This document shows, piece after piece, positions 27,095 through 35,889 of a DNA stretch of 53,968 nt. Under the pieces are notes generated by a model. The model saw only the letters and a list, made by a program, of their open reading frames with translations, did not search any database and was not told where the DNA came from. Both the position numbers and the translations under genes were made by a program. How positions within the stretch are numbered: position 1 is the stretch's first letter; each line of letters opens with the position of its first letter. Origin of the DNA: Bacteroidales bacterium (lineage in GTDB: Bacteria; Bacteroidota; Bacteroidia; Bacteroidales; F082); the NCBI GenBank assembly GCA_045596465.1, contig JAZOCI010000015.1, forward strand, positions 1 to 53,968. Direction: 5' to 3'.

Positions 27095-28300
27095 ATGCTA
27101 ACTGGAAAGAAAATTCTTATAGGAATTACAGGTAGCATTGCTGCCTATAAGATTCCTCTTTTAGTGCGTCTGTTGAAAAAAGACGGCGCCGATGTGAGAG
27201 TCGTGATGACACCTTCTGCTAAGGATTTCGTCACGTCTCTTACTTTATCTACACTCAGCGGTAATCCGGTTTTGACTCACGGATTTGACCAAGAAACCGG
27301 CAAGTGGGATAGCCATGTGGAACTCGGTCTCTGGGCTGACCTTTTCGTCGTAGCTCCGGCATCGGCGAATACAATGGCGAAAATGGCTCACGGAATAGCT
27401 GATAACTATCTGCTGACAGTGTACCTCTCCGCAAAATGTCCTGTCATGTTTGCTCCAGCAATGGATCTTGATATGTATAAACATCAGGCTACACAACAGA
27501 ATATCAAGACTTTGATAGAAAGAGGTTGCGTTTTTATAGCACCGTCATCAGGGGAACTTGCCAGCGGACTCTGTGGCGAAGGTCGTATGGAAGAACCTCA
27601 GAAAATTTATGAAAAGATAAAATCTTTCTTCAAAACAAAACTTAATTTCTCAGGTAAGAAAGTCCTTATAACAGCAGGACCAACTTACGAAGCTATTGAT
27701 CCTGTAAGATTTATAGGAAATCATAGTTCTGGACTCATGGGCGTTGAGATAGCAAGAGCCTTTGCTGATCAAGGCGCGGAAGTGACTCTCGTGCTCGGAC
27801 CTTCAAATATAAGCCCTAACAGAAAGAATATCAATCTGATTCCTGTTACATCTGCAAAGGAAATGTATGAGGCTGTTATGGCATTTTTCCCTAAAACAGA
27901 CATCGCGGTGCTGAGCGCTGCAGTCGCTGACTTCCGCCCGGAAATTGTGGCAGATCAGAAAATTAAGAAAAATCCAGATAACGATACTTTTACAATAAAA
28001 CTCGTTAAGACCGAAGATATTTTGAAATCGGTAGGAAAGATTAAGGCTGAAAATCAGACAATTGTCGGCTTTGCTCTCGAAACAGAAAATGGTTTGGAAA
28101 ATGCTAAAAAGAAATTACATACCAAAAACATCGATCTCATCGTTCTTAATGAGATGAATGAATCTGGAGTCGGATTTAAAACTAAGACTAACAAAATTTC
28201 AATAATTACTAAAGAAGATAAAGTGACTTCTTACGAACTTAAACAGAAAAGTGAAGTCGCGACTGATATTTTAAACGCTATATATCAATATATTAACTGA
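27095..28300 (+). CDS. coaBC: Bifunctional phosphopantothenoylcysteine decarboxylase / phosphopantothenate--cysteine ligase
   Basis: 401 aa. Flavoprotein N-domain (ILIGITGSIAAYK, PASANTMAK) and CoaB domain (ITAGPTYEAIDPVRFIGNHSSG). Confidence 0.95.
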   Translation: MLTGKKILIGITGSIAAYKIPLLVRLLKKDGADVRVVMTPSAKDFVTSLTLSTLSGNPVLTHGFDQETGKWDSHVELGLWADLFVVAPASANTMAKMAHGIADNYLLTVYLSAKCPVMFAPAMDLDMYKHQATQQNIKTLIERGCVFIAPSSGELASGLCGEGRMEEPQKIYEKIKSFFKTKLNFSGKKVLITAGPTYEAIDPVRFIGNHSSGLMGVEIARAFADQGAEVTLVLGPSNISPNRKNINLIPVTSAKEMYEAVMAFFPKTDIAVLSAAVADFRPEIVADQKIKKNPDNDTFTIKLVKTEDILKSVGKIKAENQTIVGFALETENGLENAKKKLHTKNIDLIVLNEMNESGVGFKTKTNKISIITKEDKVTSYELKQKSEVATDILNAIYQYIN

Positions 28301-28302
28301 AT

Positions 28303-29214
28303 ATGAGTAAAAAAATCTGCTTTATATTAATCTTGTTATGCTCCATATTTGGGATGAAAAGTCTTTATTCTCAGGAGTTTAACATTAACGTGTCGGTGTC
28401 GTCGGCTCAGGTTTCCGGTACTGACCAGCGTGCTTTCGAGTCTCTTAAAGAGGGAATCATAAACTTTATGAACAACAGAGTTTGGACAAACCTTAAATTG
28501 GAACCGGAAGAACGTATCGAAGGCGCGATTGTCGTCAATGTGAAGAAAAAGGACGGCAATATTTTTGAAGCAGAATTGAATATTGCATTAAGACGTCCTA
28601 CCTTCAAAGCAAATTACACAACACCTTTATTTAATTATATTGACAACGATTTCTTGTTCGAATATATTGAATCACAACCTCTTGACTTTACAGAGAATTC
28701 CTATATGTCGAATCTGACTTCAACACTCGCATTCTATGCTTATTATTGCCTCGGATTATATTTCGATTCTTTCGGATTATATGGAGGAGATCCTTTCTTT
28801 AGGGTTGCAGATCAGATAGTTACATCGGCTCAGAGCGCAGATGAATCAGGATGGAAAGCCTTCGACGATAAAAGAAATCGTTATTGGCTTAATGAAAATA
28901 TGATGAATGCTTCATATAAGCCTTTACGTCAATATATGTATGAATATCATAGACTTGGACTCGATAAGATGTCGACGAAACAGGACGAAGGTAAAGCCGC
29001 GATAACAAAATCGTTGGAATATCTTAAACAAATGTATTCTGAAAGACCGAATCTTTTGTTTATCCAAGTGTTGAACGACACCAAACGCAACGAGTGGAAA
29101 AGTATATATTCTGAAGGTTCTCAGCAAGATAAGACGAAAGCTGTGAATATATTTAGAGAGATAGATCCTTCTCACGCAACAGAATACGAGGAAATTTTGT
29201 CGGGAAGAAAATAA
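28303..29214 (+). CDS. DUF4835 family protein (from memory, this family is now often annotated as T9SS protein PorD)
   Basis: 303 aa with a signal peptide. Conserved position between coaBC and recN in Bacteroidota. The family assignment rests on recollection of the pattern and synteny, not on a search. Confidence 0.6.
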   Translation: MSKKICFILILLCSIFGMKSLYSQEFNINVSVSSAQVSGTDQRAFESLKEGIINFMNNRVWTNLKLEPEERIEGAIVVNVKKKDGNIFEAELNIALRRPTFKANYTTPLFNYIDNDFLFEYIESQPLDFTENSYMSNLTSTLAFYAYYCLGLYFDSFGLYGGDPFFRVADQIVTSAQSADESGWKAFDDKRNRYWLNENMMNASYKPLRQYMYEYHRLGLDKMSTKQDEGKAAITKSLEYLKQMYSERPNLLFIQVLNDTKRNEWKSIYSEGSQQDKTKAVNIFREIDPSHATEYEEILSGRK

Positions 29215-29216
29215 TC

Positions 29217-30932
29217 ATGTTGCAGAGATTATCAATATCAAATTATGCGTTAATTGCTTCATTATCTGTTGATTTTGATAATGGATTTTCTGTCATAACT
29301 GGCGAGACAGGCGCGGGAAAATCTATATTGTTAGGAGCTCTCGGCTTCGTGCTCGGTAACCGCGCCGACTCTAATATCCTCTTCGATGATACGAAAAAAT
29401 GCGTGGTGGAAGCGACCTTCCTTCTGCAAGACATTGAATCGTCAAGACACAATGACACAAAAAATCTTGTAGGGATACATCGAATGTGTCCAAATAACGA
29501 TAGACTTAAATCTTTCTTTGAAGAGAATGACATCGACTTCGATGAAGAATGTATCATTCGTCGCGAATTGACGCCTCAGAAAAAATCGCGTTCTTTTATC
29601 AACGATACCCCCGTCTCTTTACAAATATTAAAAGAATTAGGCTCTCAACTTGTTGATATTCATTCACAACATGATTCGTTACTTCTATGTAATCCTGATT
29701 TCCAACTTTCGTTATTAGACGATGCTGCAAATAATAACGATCTGTTGGCAGATTATCAGAAATCGTATCGTCAATATTCTTCGGCTAAAAATGAATTACT
29801 TAAACTACGTCAGAAGTCGATAAATAATATTGATGAAAACGATTATCTGAAGTTTCAGTTAGACGAGATTACTAAAGCCAATCTCCTTGATAATGAATAT
29901 GAAGAACTTGCTCAGAAGATTGAATTTCTTGAAAATCAGGAAGAGATAAGCCGACTTCTCGCCGAATCGACTAACATACTTGAAAATGAGAACCATTCGC
30001 TTTTGGACGGATTGAACACCTTATTATATAATGTGGATAAGCTGAAACGTTATGTTCCGGAACTCGATTCTATGTCGGAGCGACTTGATTCCGTCAAGAT
30101 TGAGCTGAAAGATATTTGCTCAGACTTGAATAATCTTCAGGAAGATTCGACCGATATCTCATCTCTCGAGATGCTTCAGGAACGTTTCGATATAATTCAG
30201 CGACTTATGATGAAACATCATCTTAACGATTATTCGCAATTGCTTCAGTTGAGAGAGGATATTAAGAAGAAAGTCGATGAGTTTTCAAATATTGACGAAA
30301 TTCTTGAAGATAAGGAGAAGGAAGTCAAGAAGTTAGAAAAAGAATTGATGACGAAGGCTTTTGAATTGAACAAACGCCGTCAGAAAGCTAAGACTTCGTT
30401 TGAGAAGGAAGTTACTTCTGTCATACATCAGCTTGCGATGCCATACGCTGTCTTTGAGATAAAAATAGAAAATGTTAAGGAACTGACGAGCAACGGAACT
30501 GATATTGTGACATTTATGTTTTCAGCTAACAAAGGATACGCTCCTGATAATATGGCCAAAGCCGCTTCGGGCGGGGAGTTGTCTCGTTTGATGTTAGCGA
30601 TAAAGAGCGTGGCGGCGAAAAACAATTATATCCCGACTTTGATTTTCGATGAGATTGATACAGGCGTTTCCGGTGAGGTGGCTTCCAAACTCGGAGATAT
30701 CATGAAGACGATGGGAGAGAGTCTGCAATTAGTGAGTATCACGCACTTGCCTCAAATCGCAAGTAAGGCGAAACATCATTTCTTTGTATATAAGACCATC
30801 GTCGATGAGAAGACACATTCTAATATCAAGACTTTAACGCACGACGAACGCGTCAACGAGATTGCCAAGATGCTGTCGAATGCTGAAGTTACGGAAGAAG
30901 CGATAAAAGCTGCTGAGGTTTTGATTAATTAA
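29217..30932 (+). CDS. recN: DNA repair protein RecN
   Basis: 571 aa. Walker A GETGAGKS, long coiled-coil middle, C-terminal ASGGELSRLMLAIK signature and FDEIDTGVSG Walker B. Confidence 0.95.
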   Translation: MLQRLSISNYALIASLSVDFDNGFSVITGETGAGKSILLGALGFVLGNRADSNILFDDTKKCVVEATFLLQDIESSRHNDTKNLVGIHRMCPNNDRLKSFFEENDIDFDEECIIRRELTPQKKSRSFINDTPVSLQILKELGSQLVDIHSQHDSLLLCNPDFQLSLLDDAANNNDLLADYQKSYRQYSSAKNELLKLRQKSINNIDENDYLKFQLDEITKANLLDNEYEELAQKIEFLENQEEISRLLAESTNILENENHSLLDGLNTLLYNVDKLKRYVPELDSMSERLDSVKIELKDICSDLNNLQEDSTDISSLEMLQERFDIIQRLMMKHHLNDYSQLLQLREDIKKKVDEFSNIDEILEDKEKEVKKLEKELMTKAFELNKRRQKAKTSFEKEVTSVIHQLAMPYAVFEIKIENVKELTSNGTDIVTFMFSANKGYAPDNMAKAASGGELSRLMLAIKSVAAKNNYIPTLIFDEIDTGVSGEVASKLGDIMKTMGESLQLVSITHLPQIASKAKHHFFVYKTIVDEKTHSNIKTLTHDERVNEIAKMLSNAEVTEEAIKAAEVLIN

Positions 30933-30967
30933 CAATTTACAGTTGACAATTAACAATTGACAATGTA
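30933..30967. repeat. Heptad-periodic spacer (CAATTRA x5)
   Basis: CAATTTA CAGTTGA CAATTAA CAATTGA CAATGTA, starting at the first nt after the recN stop. Confidence 0.7.
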
Positions 30968-31125
30968 GAGACGCGTCAATGATTCCTATGAAAATGAACA
31001 TACATTGACACTTTTATAAGACGTTGTGTTGAAGGTTGAAAATATTTGGCAACATTACCAGATTTTACCAACTATTTTTGTCTATTATACCATAAACGGT
31101 AAACCTCCCTCCTAAAATAAATAAC

Positions 31126-31162
31126 GCCTCCCATAAGCTGTCTTGCGACTCGCATGGGAGGC
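31126..31162. terminator. Hairpin, probable bidirectional terminator (recN / membrane-protein gene convergent)
   Basis: GCCTCCCAT - 19 nt - ATGGGAGGC. T/A-rich on both flanks. Confidence 0.55.
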
Positions 31163-31195
31163 TTATTACCTTTGCGACTTTATGTCTTTATACCT

Positions 31196-31885
31196 TTACT
31201 TCTTAATGCTCAAAATCAATCCTAAAACTACACCTAAGAATGCTGCGAACAACACCTGATAGTTGCCTGGTAATAGGAAGGTGATGGTGTGAGCAGGATA
31301 CCAGAACAACGGAATGGTCTTCTTGAAAACGAAGCCGTATTGTAAGTCCCAGTTGATTTTATGTGCTATGGTTTCTTGTATCTTCAACTTATTACAGAAG
31401 AAGCCTTTCAAAGTTCCGCCTGTCTCAGCGATGTGAATGTCTGTCACCTTATGGAATGTCATGAAAACAGGTGCGAAGATGGTGTTCATCAAAACGCTGA
31501 CTAACAAGGCAACTCCAGCTTTGCCCCAAGTCAATTCTTTTGCATCGAACCATGCGCCTGCTTCCGAAACGCCGAAGCCTTTTTCTAATAATGTGACTGT
31601 TCCGCTCTTGAATATCGTCATGGCTGATGCTATGATGACGCCGAGGAATCCCCATACTAACATCTTAGGCAAAAGACCAAAGCCTTTTTCTATGTAACAG
31701 CCTTTACGTATTCTCAAAGCCAACATTTCGCCGAATGTTCCTAAGATGGCGAACTTGAAGAAACTCATTATCATGCCGTGCTCGGCAGTCATCGCGTTGA
31801 ACCAATCCATCGCTCCAGGAACGAAGGCGAAAGTCCCGATGACTGCCAAGACTGCTAATGTGGTAATTATATCACCTTTTTTCAT
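31196..31885 (-). CDS. Hypothetical integral membrane protein
   Basis: 229 aa with about 5-6 hydrophobic helices by eye. Its start lies 6 nt after the stop of the upstream acetyl-CoA synthetase gene, suggesting an operon. Confidence 0.65.
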   Translation of the reverse strand: MKKGDIITTLAVLAVIGTFAFVPGAMDWFNAMTAEHGMIMSFFKFAILGTFGEMLALRIRKGCYIEKGFGLLPKMLVWGFLGVIIASAMTIFKSGTVTLLEKGFGVSEAGAWFDAKELTWGKAGVALLVSVLMNTIFAPVFMTFHKVTDIHIAETGGTLKGFFCNKLKIQETIAHKINWDLQYGFVFKKTIPLFWYPAHTITFLLPGNYQVLFAAFLGVVLGLILSIKK

Positions 31886-31891
31886 CGTGTC

Positions 31892-33952
31892 TTATTTTTC
31901 GATTCTGATTCTTGCGTCAACAGCGACGACGTTCTTCGGATTACCGAGCAATGGGTTCAAGTCCATCTCTGCAATTTCAGGAGCTGCCATCACCAAGGCG
32001 CTGACTCTTGCGACTTGTTCTGCGTAAATGTCAACGTTGACTGGTTGCTGACCTCTGACACCTTCCAAAATCTTGTAGCCGCGTAACTTGCCGAGCATGT
32101 CTTTTGCTTCGCCTGCTGTGATAGGAGCGATAGCGTTTTGTACGTCTTTCAAGACTTCGATGAAGATACCGCCGAGACCGAAGAATACCTGATGACCGAA
32201 TTTCTCGTCACGGATAGCTCCGATATAGACTTCTGTACCGTCGAGCATTGGATACATCTCAACAGCGTAAGTCTCTGGGATAGCCATCAAACGGTCAAAT
32301 TCTCTGTCGACAGTTTCAATGTCGCGGACGTTCAATGTCACACCACCGACGTCTGATTTATGGATAGGACCGACGACTTTCATGACGAGTGGATAACCAA
32401 CTTCGTTAGCGAAGTCTAAAGCCTGTTGTTTCTGATCGACGACGCGGATTTGTTTTTGAGCTATGCCAGCAGCGTCTAACATTTCATAAATCTCATCTGG
32501 TCCGATGTAACCGTTTTCGCAGTTATCGACAACTTTGCGGATTCTTGCAACATCGATTTTTGGAAGATCGACATTCTCTGGTTGTGGCTTCGGTGTGTTG
32601 TAAATCTTGCACAATGCGTTACCGAAGATACATTCTTCAGGGAAGTTGATTCTACCTTTATTATTAATGAAATCGTTGATTTCGTCTTTTACGTTGATGA
32701 TTGAAGGAAGGATAGGGAAGATAGGCTTCTTGCAGGTCTTCATCTTTTCATTCAGAACTTCATAAACTTCCCAGTTAGGGAACAATCCCGGTGAACCGAA
32801 GATGACGCACATACAGTCGATATTGTCGAAGTCGTTTTCGCAAGCGTCGATGATGTGGCCGAGTTGTTCTGCTGTACCTGTAGCCAAGAAGTCGATTGGG
32901 TTACCTACTGAAGAACCTGGGAATAATTTTGCTAAAAGTTCGTCTGCTTTAGGACCTTCGATATGAGGGACGTCCATTCCGCCGTTTGAGAGAACGTCAG
33001 TCAACATAACGGCAGGACCGCCAGCGTGTGTGATGACGGCCACGTTCTTGCCTTTAACTTCAGGGTGCATGAAGATAGCACATACTGTGGTGAGTTCTTG
33101 ACGGTTGTGGCAACGGACGATACCGGCTTTACGGAATAATGCGTCAACGATAGAGTCGTTTGTTGCAAGTGCGCCTGTGTGTGATGAAGCTGCGCGGCTA
33201 CCTGCTGCTGAACCACCTGATTTGATAGCTGCGATATGACAGCCTTTGTTGATGAGCGAACGTGAGTGTTTTAACAACTTCTGTGGGTTGCCGATTTTTT
33301 CCATATACAACATGATGACGCGTGAGCTTGTCTCAGGATCGAATGTCTCGTCTAAATGTTCGAGAACGTCTTCGATACCTACTTGAGCTGAGTTACCTAC
33401 TGCCCAAACGCTGTTGAATGTCAAACCGTTTGTGATGCCGTATTCTTTGATAAACACTGCTGTTGCACCGGAACCTGTCACGAAGTCAACGCCGTGAGGA
33501 TCGAGTGTTGGGATTGGAGCGTCGAAAGCACCGCAGTAGTTACGGTTCAAGAAACCTGTACAGTTAGGACCGATGAGGCTACCGCCGACTTTATTAACTG
33601 TCTCGACGATTTGTCTTTCAAACTCAGCGCCTTGTTCGTTTTCTTCGCCGAAGCCTGCTGAAACGATGATGAAGCCTTTTGTGCCTTTTTCAAAAGCTAA
33701 GGTATTCACTGTTGCAGGGCAATATTTTGCTGCGATGGCTATGATGGCGCAATCCACTTGTGGAAGGTCATCGACTTTTTGATAACATTTTACGCCTTGA
33801 ACTTCAGTCTCTTTAGGATTGACGGTGTAAATCTTGCCTTTGAAGTTGCTGTTGAGGAGGTTTTTCAATACGCTGCCGCCAGGTTTCTGAGTGTCGCCTG
33901 ATGCACCGACAACGACAATACTTTTAGGGTTTAGTAATTCTTGTGCTATCAT
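31892..33952 (-). CDS. Acetate--CoA ligase family protein (ADP-forming acetyl-CoA synthetase, fused alpha/beta)
   Basis: 686 aa. N-terminal CoA-binding region (PKSIVVVGASGDTQKPGG), succinyl-CoA-synthetase-like flavodoxin domains with a phosphohistidine region (SSHTGALA), and a C-terminal ATP-grasp domain. Confidence 0.88.
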   Translation of the reverse strand: MIAQELLNPKSIVVVGASGDTQKPGGSVLKNLLNSNFKGKIYTVNPKETEVQGVKCYQKVDDLPQVDCAIIAIAAKYCPATVNTLAFEKGTKGFIIVSAGFGEENEQGAEFERQIVETVNKVGGSLIGPNCTGFLNRNYCGAFDAPIPTLDPHGVDFVTGSGATAVFIKEYGITNGLTFNSVWAVGNSAQVGIEDVLEHLDETFDPETSSRVIMLYMEKIGNPQKLLKHSRSLINKGCHIAAIKSGGSAAGSRAASSHTGALATNDSIVDALFRKAGIVRCHNRQELTTVCAIFMHPEVKGKNVAVITHAGGPAVMLTDVLSNGGMDVPHIEGPKADELLAKLFPGSSVGNPIDFLATGTAEQLGHIIDACENDFDNIDCMCVIFGSPGLFPNWEVYEVLNEKMKTCKKPIFPILPSIINVKDEINDFINNKGRINFPEECIFGNALCKIYNTPKPQPENVDLPKIDVARIRKVVDNCENGYIGPDEIYEMLDAAGIAQKQIRVVDQKQQALDFANEVGYPLVMKVVGPIHKSDVGGVTLNVRDIETVDREFDRLMAIPETYAVEMYPMLDGTEVYIGAIRDEKFGHQVFFGLGGIFIEVLKDVQNAIAPITAGEAKDMLGKLRGYKILEGVRGQQPVNVDIYAEQVARVSALVMAAPEIAEMDLNPLLGNPKNVVAVDARIRIEK

Positions 33953-34011
33953 ATTTTGAAATATTTGATTTTCAATAAATGTGACTAAATAATATAAAAA
34001 ATCATTTTTCG

Positions 34012-34019
34012 CAAATGTA
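34012..34019 (-). promoter_or_regulatory. -7 promoter box for the acetyl-CoA synthetase operon
   Basis: Minus strand reads TACATTTG, about 60 nt upstream of the ATG at 33952. Confidence 0.4.
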
Positions 34020-34064
34020 AGAAAAAAAGGAATATGAAAGCTTCAGCACATCTTTTATTTTTCA

Positions 34065-34751
34065 TCAAATATCTCTTATCTTCCAGAATTTATAGGAGAT
34101 GTTTTCGTCAAAGGTGTCGTTGCCATCGACTTCCTTGATGTATTTTACAACTTTTATTGTTATAGGTAAGATGACTATTTCGTACAAAGTCTTTATTATA
34201 ACTTGAACTACAGCGAGTTTCAGTAGCTCGTCAAATGGCATGATTCCGCCGAATGCGATAGGGAAGAAGATTAGAGAATCTGCCGTCTCGCCTACAAGAG
34301 TTGATACAATGGCGCGTAATGAAAAATATTTTCCTTTCGACATTATTTTCATGCGGCTCATGATATAGGCGTTGAAGAACGAGCCTGCTAAAAAAGCCGT
34401 CAGGCTTGCCACGACGATGCGAGGTGCCAAACCGAAGACGTAATTGAAAGGTTCCGCTCCGACCCAGTAGTCGGGCGAGGGAAGATGTACCGCCAACTGT
34501 GCCATCGCCATGACAAAGAAATTCATCAGAAAACCTATCCATATAATGAGACGGGCTTTGCGGAACCCCCACACCTCGGCAATGCAGTCGTTGATGATGT
34601 ATGAGACTGGAAAAATTAACATGCCAGCTGTCACCGATAAAGGCAAGGAACCTAATTTAATGACTTTAATTTCAAGGAGATTCGCTGTGATGAGGCATAC
34701 GCAGAATAGGATGCTCAACATCATGAAAGATAAAGATACAGTCTTTTTCAT
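34065..34751 (-). CDS. yhhQ: Queuosine precursor transporter (YhhQ/DUF165, VUT family)
   Basis: 228 aa polytopic membrane protein. Has the FP.SY...D...EV.G pattern (LIFPVSYIINDCIAEVWGF) and C-terminal ...ETADSLIFFPIAF. Confidence 0.85.
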   Translation of the reverse strand: MKKTVSLSFMMLSILFCVCLITANLLEIKVIKLGSLPLSVTAGMLIFPVSYIINDCIAEVWGFRKARLIIWIGFLMNFFVMAMAQLAVHLPSPDYWVGAEPFNYVFGLAPRIVVASLTAFLAGSFFNAYIMSRMKIMSKGKYFSLRAIVSTLVGETADSLIFFPIAFGGIMPFDELLKLAVVQVIIKTLYEIVILPITIKVVKYIKEVDGNDTFDENISYKFWKIRDI

Positions 34752-34795
34752 TTTCCTGTTTTTTACGTGGTTGATCTAGAATACACGACCGCTGT
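34752..34795 (-). ncRNA. preQ1-I-like riboswitch aptamer in the yhhQ 5' UTR
   Basis: Minus-strand RNA is CGUG-UAUUCUAGAUCAAC-CACG-UAAAAAACAGGAAA-AUG. Compare B. subtilis queC AGAGG-UUCUAGCUACAC-CCUCU-AUAAAAAACUAAGG: same UUCUAG..AC loop, same A-rich tail, and the AGGA ribosome site sits in the pseudoknot partner. A -7 box TACCTTTG lies at 34826-34819. Confidence 0.6.
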
Positions 34796-34873
34796 TAACG
34801 GTAATCGATTTTCGTCTGCAAAGGTAAGAAATATTCTTTTGCAGATAAAATGTTGTCTTGCTTTTTTGAATAT

Positions 34874-35779
34874 TTATTGTTTAGGCACAGCGAATCTTAT
34901 AGCTTTTCCCAAATTTTCAATCTCAATATGTTGACTCTGATAAATCTCGCCGTCAATTGAGACGCAGAATCCTTCGGGTCCGTCAATCGTTACTTTCTTC
35001 GCCTGACGATAAACGACAATATCCTTGAACTTGGGATTGTCTAAATGTGTTCCGGCGACATAGTATTTTATCAAGCCTAAGAAACGTAATCGTGAAACTG
35101 GTTTTACCAAGCATACTTCCAATAAGCCGTCGTCGTTCAATGATTTAGGCGCGTTGTGGTATGAGCCACCTACGTATTTGCCGTTACTTACTGTACATAA
35201 TAAAATGTCGCTCGTATTGAGTCGTTCGTCATCTGCATAGACTGTGCAATTGTTGCGCATTCCGAAAAGAAATCCCCAGACAACAGCGAAAGGGTAGGCC
35301 CGCTTCTTTCCGAACAGAATGTTGCGCCTCAATTTGTTCATCGCTTTGGCGACGACGCTGTCTAATCCGAAATGTGTTGAATTTAAAGCATATTTCTCAT
35401 TGACTTTCATGATGTCGATTTTTCTCTCTTCACCATGAATTACGTTGCAGACATTTTTAAATAAATCGCTGTCACCGAAATATTTGACATAATCGTTACC
35501 TGTCCCAAAAGGAAGAATCGTCATGCTTGCATTGCTGAAACCAACAATTCCTGTAGCAACTTTGTTCGCTGTTCCATCGCCACCGCAAGCATAAAATCGT
35601 ACGTCTTCTTCTTTATGATTTTCTAAATAATTTTTGATAAAATATATGGAATCTTGCGGAGAATGAGGGGTATGGATTTCATAATCAACGACTTCATTGC
35701 ATTGAGCTATACCTTCTTTTACGATGTATAGACACGATTTTTCTCCTGCATCATTATTTACAATGAAAATATGCTTCAT
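34874..35779 (-). CDS. Diacylglycerol/lipid kinase family protein (YegS-like); start moved to the ATG at 35779
   Basis: About 301 aa. GGDGT motif (YACGGDGTANKV) and the G.GNDY region. The track start at 35797 is a TTG lying inside the -7 box TACTTTTG (35802-35795, minus strand). Confidence 0.85.
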   Translation of the reverse strand: MKHIFIVNNDAGEKSCLYIVKEGIAQCNEVVDYEIHTPHSPQDSIYFIKNYLENHKEEDVRFYACGGDGTANKVATGIVGFSNASMTILPFGTGNDYVKYFGDSDLFKNVCNVIHGEERKIDIMKVNEKYALNSTHFGLDSVVAKAMNKLRRNILFGKKRAYPFAVVWGFLFGMRNNCTVYADDERLNTSDILLCTVSNGKYVGGSYHNAPKSLNDDGLLEVCLVKPVSRLRFLGLIKYYVAGTHLDNPKFKDIVVYRQAKKVTIDGPEGFCVSIDGEIYQSQHIEIENLGKAIRFAVPKQ

Positions 35780-35877
35780 TAAAAATGTTTTTTGCAAAAG
35801 TAATAATAAGTTAAGAACAATGGTTGAGTTATTATGTTTTTTCGTTGAAAGATTATTTTTAATTGGGAATTATTGAT

Positions 35878-35885
35878 TATTTTTG
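35878..35885 (+). promoter_or_regulatory. -7 promoter box for the thioesterase gene
   Basis: TATTTTTG lies 4 nt upstream of the ATG at 35890, inside the track ORF's 5' extension. Confidence 0.45.
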
Positions 35886-35889
35886 TAGA

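Noticed and set aside
29400-29530. Apparent ~20-aa insertion in the RecN N-terminal head (SSRHNDTKNLVGIHRMCPNNDR).
   Set aside because: It is in frame, sits in a region I recall as a variable loop, and no repeat or mobile signature is present. It cannot be evaluated without an alignment.
31071-31173. Two plus-strand TAnnTTTG matches (TATTTTTG at ~31071, TACCTTTG at ~31166) with no plus-strand gene downstream. Considered a possible sRNA or antisense promoter.
   Set aside because: This 6-specified-base motif is expected by chance in AT-rich DNA. No downstream structure or terminator defines an sRNA. The region is better explained as the convergent terminator zone.
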